Part shown: piece after piece, positions 63,969 to 64,000 of the stretch
How positions within the stretch are numbered: position 1 is the stretch's first letter
Layout: the number at the start of each line of letters is the position of its first letter
DNA from: Selaginella moellendorffii
Taxonomy: Eukaryota; Plantae; Lycopodiophyta
DNA length: 64,000 nucleotides
NCBI RefSeq assembly: GCF_000143415.4
Contig: NW_003314268.1
Coordinates: 3,790,559-3,854,558, forward strand
Direction of reading: 5' to 3'
Made by a program: the position numbers and the translations under genes
The notes under the pieces: model-generated
Seen by the model: the letters and a program-made list of their open reading frames with translations, nothing else
Told to the model about the DNA's origin: nothing
Database searches by the model: none

Positions 63969-64000
63969 ATTGATTAAGAAAATCTATGCTTTATTATTTA

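Overview
Eukaryotic nuclear DNA from a very compact land-plant genome. Introns of about 50-90 bp, tiny intergenic spaces, an S/SS-rich PLS-type PPR gene and Tcn1-like/Selgy-like Ty3 elements point to a lycophyte such as Selaginella (inference). Two GC-rich gene-dense blocks (1-10.3 kb and 44.9-64 kb) flank an AT-rich, transposon-rich island of about 35 kb. Left block: At1g01500-like gene, Ole e 1-extensin, LRR-XI receptor kinase, plastid J-protein and a PPR pseudogene. Right block: intact PPR, a 56-aa RTFL/DVL peptide gene missed by the ORF track, plastid phosphoglucomutase, Tim17-SAM (HP30/Tric-like), C-type lectin RLK, a secreted 2S-albumin-like protein with RY boxes, a bulb-lectin gene plus pseudogene, an SCP/NIF phosphatase and mitoribosomal mL59. 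A ~3 kb direct duplication (J-protein-PPR-RTFL region) brackets the island, with reciprocal gene loss between the copies. Inside the island are an ~8.3 kb tandem duplication, three copies (one open) of a Crinkler/RHS-type P-loop NTPase + restriction-endonuclease-fold gene, a decayed hAT transposon and two full-length Ty3/gypsy elements. Both Ty3 elements carry a GGGAAAC + H-type pseudoknot -1 frameshift signal, and one appears to self-prime like Tf1. TRIM-like derivatives and solo LTRs are also present. All coordinates and alignments were done by eye.
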